A stretch of 64,000 nt of DNA from Deltaproteobacteria bacterium (GTDB taxonomy: Bacteria; Myxococcota; Kuafuiibacteriia; Kuafuiibacteriales; Kuafuiibacteriaceae): the NCBI GenBank assembly GCA_040218735.1, contig JAVJQW010000049.1:128001-192000 (forward strand). Reading direction: 5' to 3'. This document shows, piece by piece, positions 62,749 to 64,000 of this stretch. The notes below the pieces were generated by a model. The model was not told where the DNA came from and made no database searches. It saw only the letters and a program-made list of their open reading frames with translations. The translations under genes and the position numbers were made by a program. Position 1 is the first letter of the stretch. Every line of letters begins with the position of its first letter.

Positions 62749-64000
62749 TCACCGCTGATCGTGGCGGCGCTGCAGCGCGGCCGCGACCCGCACCGCCGGG
62801 GAGAAGCCCGGCTTCGCGGGGACCTCGGGGCGCACCGCCGTGCGCCCGCTGCTCGCGCGTTTCTTGGTCATCGCGATGAATGCGGCCTGCGCGCTGAGCG
62901 GCTCTTCGCCGTCGGCGGGGTGCACGTGTTGGTAGTCGCCGTTGGTGTCGAGCGTCCACGCGAACGTGTTGTCGGCCAGCTCGATCGGGAGGAGGTCCTC
63001 GGTGATCTTGCGCCGGATGTTCTCGTCGAGGACCGGGAAGCCGACCTCGATGCGCCGGTTGAGGTTGCGCGGCATCCAGTCTGCGCTCGACAGGTACACC
63101 TCGTCGTCGCCGCCGTTCTTCCACCAGAAGATCCGCGAGTGCTCCAGGAAGCGCCCGAGGATCGAACGCACGCGGATGTTCTCGCTGACCCCCGGCACGC
63201 CGGGGCGCAGGCAGCAGATCCCGCGGATGATGAGATCGACGGACACACCGGCGCGGCTCGCCTCGTACAGCTTCGCGATCACCTCGCCGTCCACGAGGGA
63301 GTTCATCTTCGCGACGATCCCCGCGGGGCGCCCGGCGCGTTTGTGCTCGATCTCGCGTTCGATCATCGCGAGCGTGCGCCGCCGAAGCGTGAACGGGGCG
63401 ACCACGAGGTGCGCCATCTTCGGGAGCTCGGCGTAGCCGGTGAGCACGTTGAACAGGAGCATCGCGTCGCGCGTGATCTCCTCCTGCGCGGTGAAGAGCC
63501 CGAGGTCCGTGTACAGGCGCGCCGTCGACGGGTTGTAGTTGCCGGTCGACAGGTGGAGGTAGCGCTTCAGCTTGTCACCCTCGCGGCGCGTGACGAGCAG
63601 CAGCTTGCAGTGGGTCTTCAGACCGATGAGCCCGTACACCACGTGCACGCCGCTCTCCTCGAGCTCCATCGCCCACGCGATGTTGTTCGCCTCGTCGAAG
63701 CGCGCCTTCAGCTCGACGAGCGCGGTGACCTGTTTGCCCTTCTCGGCGGCGCGCATCAGCGCGCGGACGATCGGCGAGTCACCGCTCGTGCGGTACAGCG
63801 TCTGTTTGATCGCGACGACGTCCGGGTCCGACGCCGCCTGATCGATGAAGTCCACGACATGCCGGAACGAGTGGTACGGGTGCTGGAGCAGGATGTCGCG
63901 CTCGGCGATCGACCGGAAGATCGTGGGCGCGTAGCTCAGGCGCTGCATCTGCGCGGGCGTGAACGGGTCGTCGCGCAGGTGCGGGGCTTTCACGCCGCCG
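62749..64000 (-). CDS. ppk1: Polyphosphate kinase 1 (5' part outside the window)
   Basis: LLQHPYHSF, IKQTLYRT, ELKARFDE, KTHCK, STGNYN, RGICCLRPG, GRFLEHSRI, SADWMPRN. Confidence 0.97.
   Translation of the reverse strand, partial: GGVKAPHLRDDPFTPAQMQRLSYAPTIFRSIAERDILLQHPYHSFRHVVDFIDQAASDPDVVAIKQTLYRTSGDSPIVRALMRAAEKGKQVTALVELKARFDEANNIAWAMELEESGVHVVYGLIGLKTHCKLLLVTRREGDKLKRYLHLSTGNYNPSTARLYTDLGLFTAQEEITRDAMLLFNVLTGYAELPKMAHLVVAPFTLRRRTLAMIEREIEHKRAGRPAGIVAKMNSLVDGEVIAKLYEASRAGVSVDLIIRGICCLRPGVPGVSENIRVRSILGRFLEHSRIFWWKNGGDDEVYLSSADWMPRNLNRRIEVGFPVLDENIRRKITEDLLPIELADNTFAWTLDTNGDYQHVHPADGEEPLSAQAAFIAMTKKRASSGRTAVRPEVPAKPGFSPAVRVAAALQRRHDQR

Overview
High-GC (roughly 70% by eye) bacterial chromosome segment. 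The gene repertoire (four Hanks-type Ser/Thr kinases, PEGA proteins, DnaJ-TPR protein, Cys-rich lipoproteins) points to Myxococcota/Deltaproteobacteria; this is inferred, not searched. Order of blocks: (1) envelope/signalling genes (kinases, PP2C phosphatase, NDP-sugar pyrophosphorylase, ECF sigma-MltG-like-ABC operon); (2) an HNH gene in a 1.8-kb segment bounded by an 11-bp direct repeat, with structured non-coding flanks; (3) a candidate trans-envelope electron conduit (30-heme c7-like cytochrome, beta-barrel, di-heme-b membrane protein, divergent circularly permuted Fe-S/FAD/NADPH oxidoreductase, 10-site CxxxxCH/CxxCH lipoprotein); (4) a defence island with a type I RM system whose HsdR carries a C-terminal LexA/S24 autoprotease-like domain, a NucS-like/DUF5655 nuclease, a large-partner/PIN pair and a 42-bp palindromic tandem array; (5) prkA followed by a 330-bp element with terminal inverted repeats; (6) a complete nqrABCDEF-apbE-nqrM operon; (7) yeaH, Ig-domain lipoprotein, astA/glnD, nmrA-menA-hemG and a partial ppk1. 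No rRNA, tRNA or CRISPR array was recognised. All calls come from manual motif reading.
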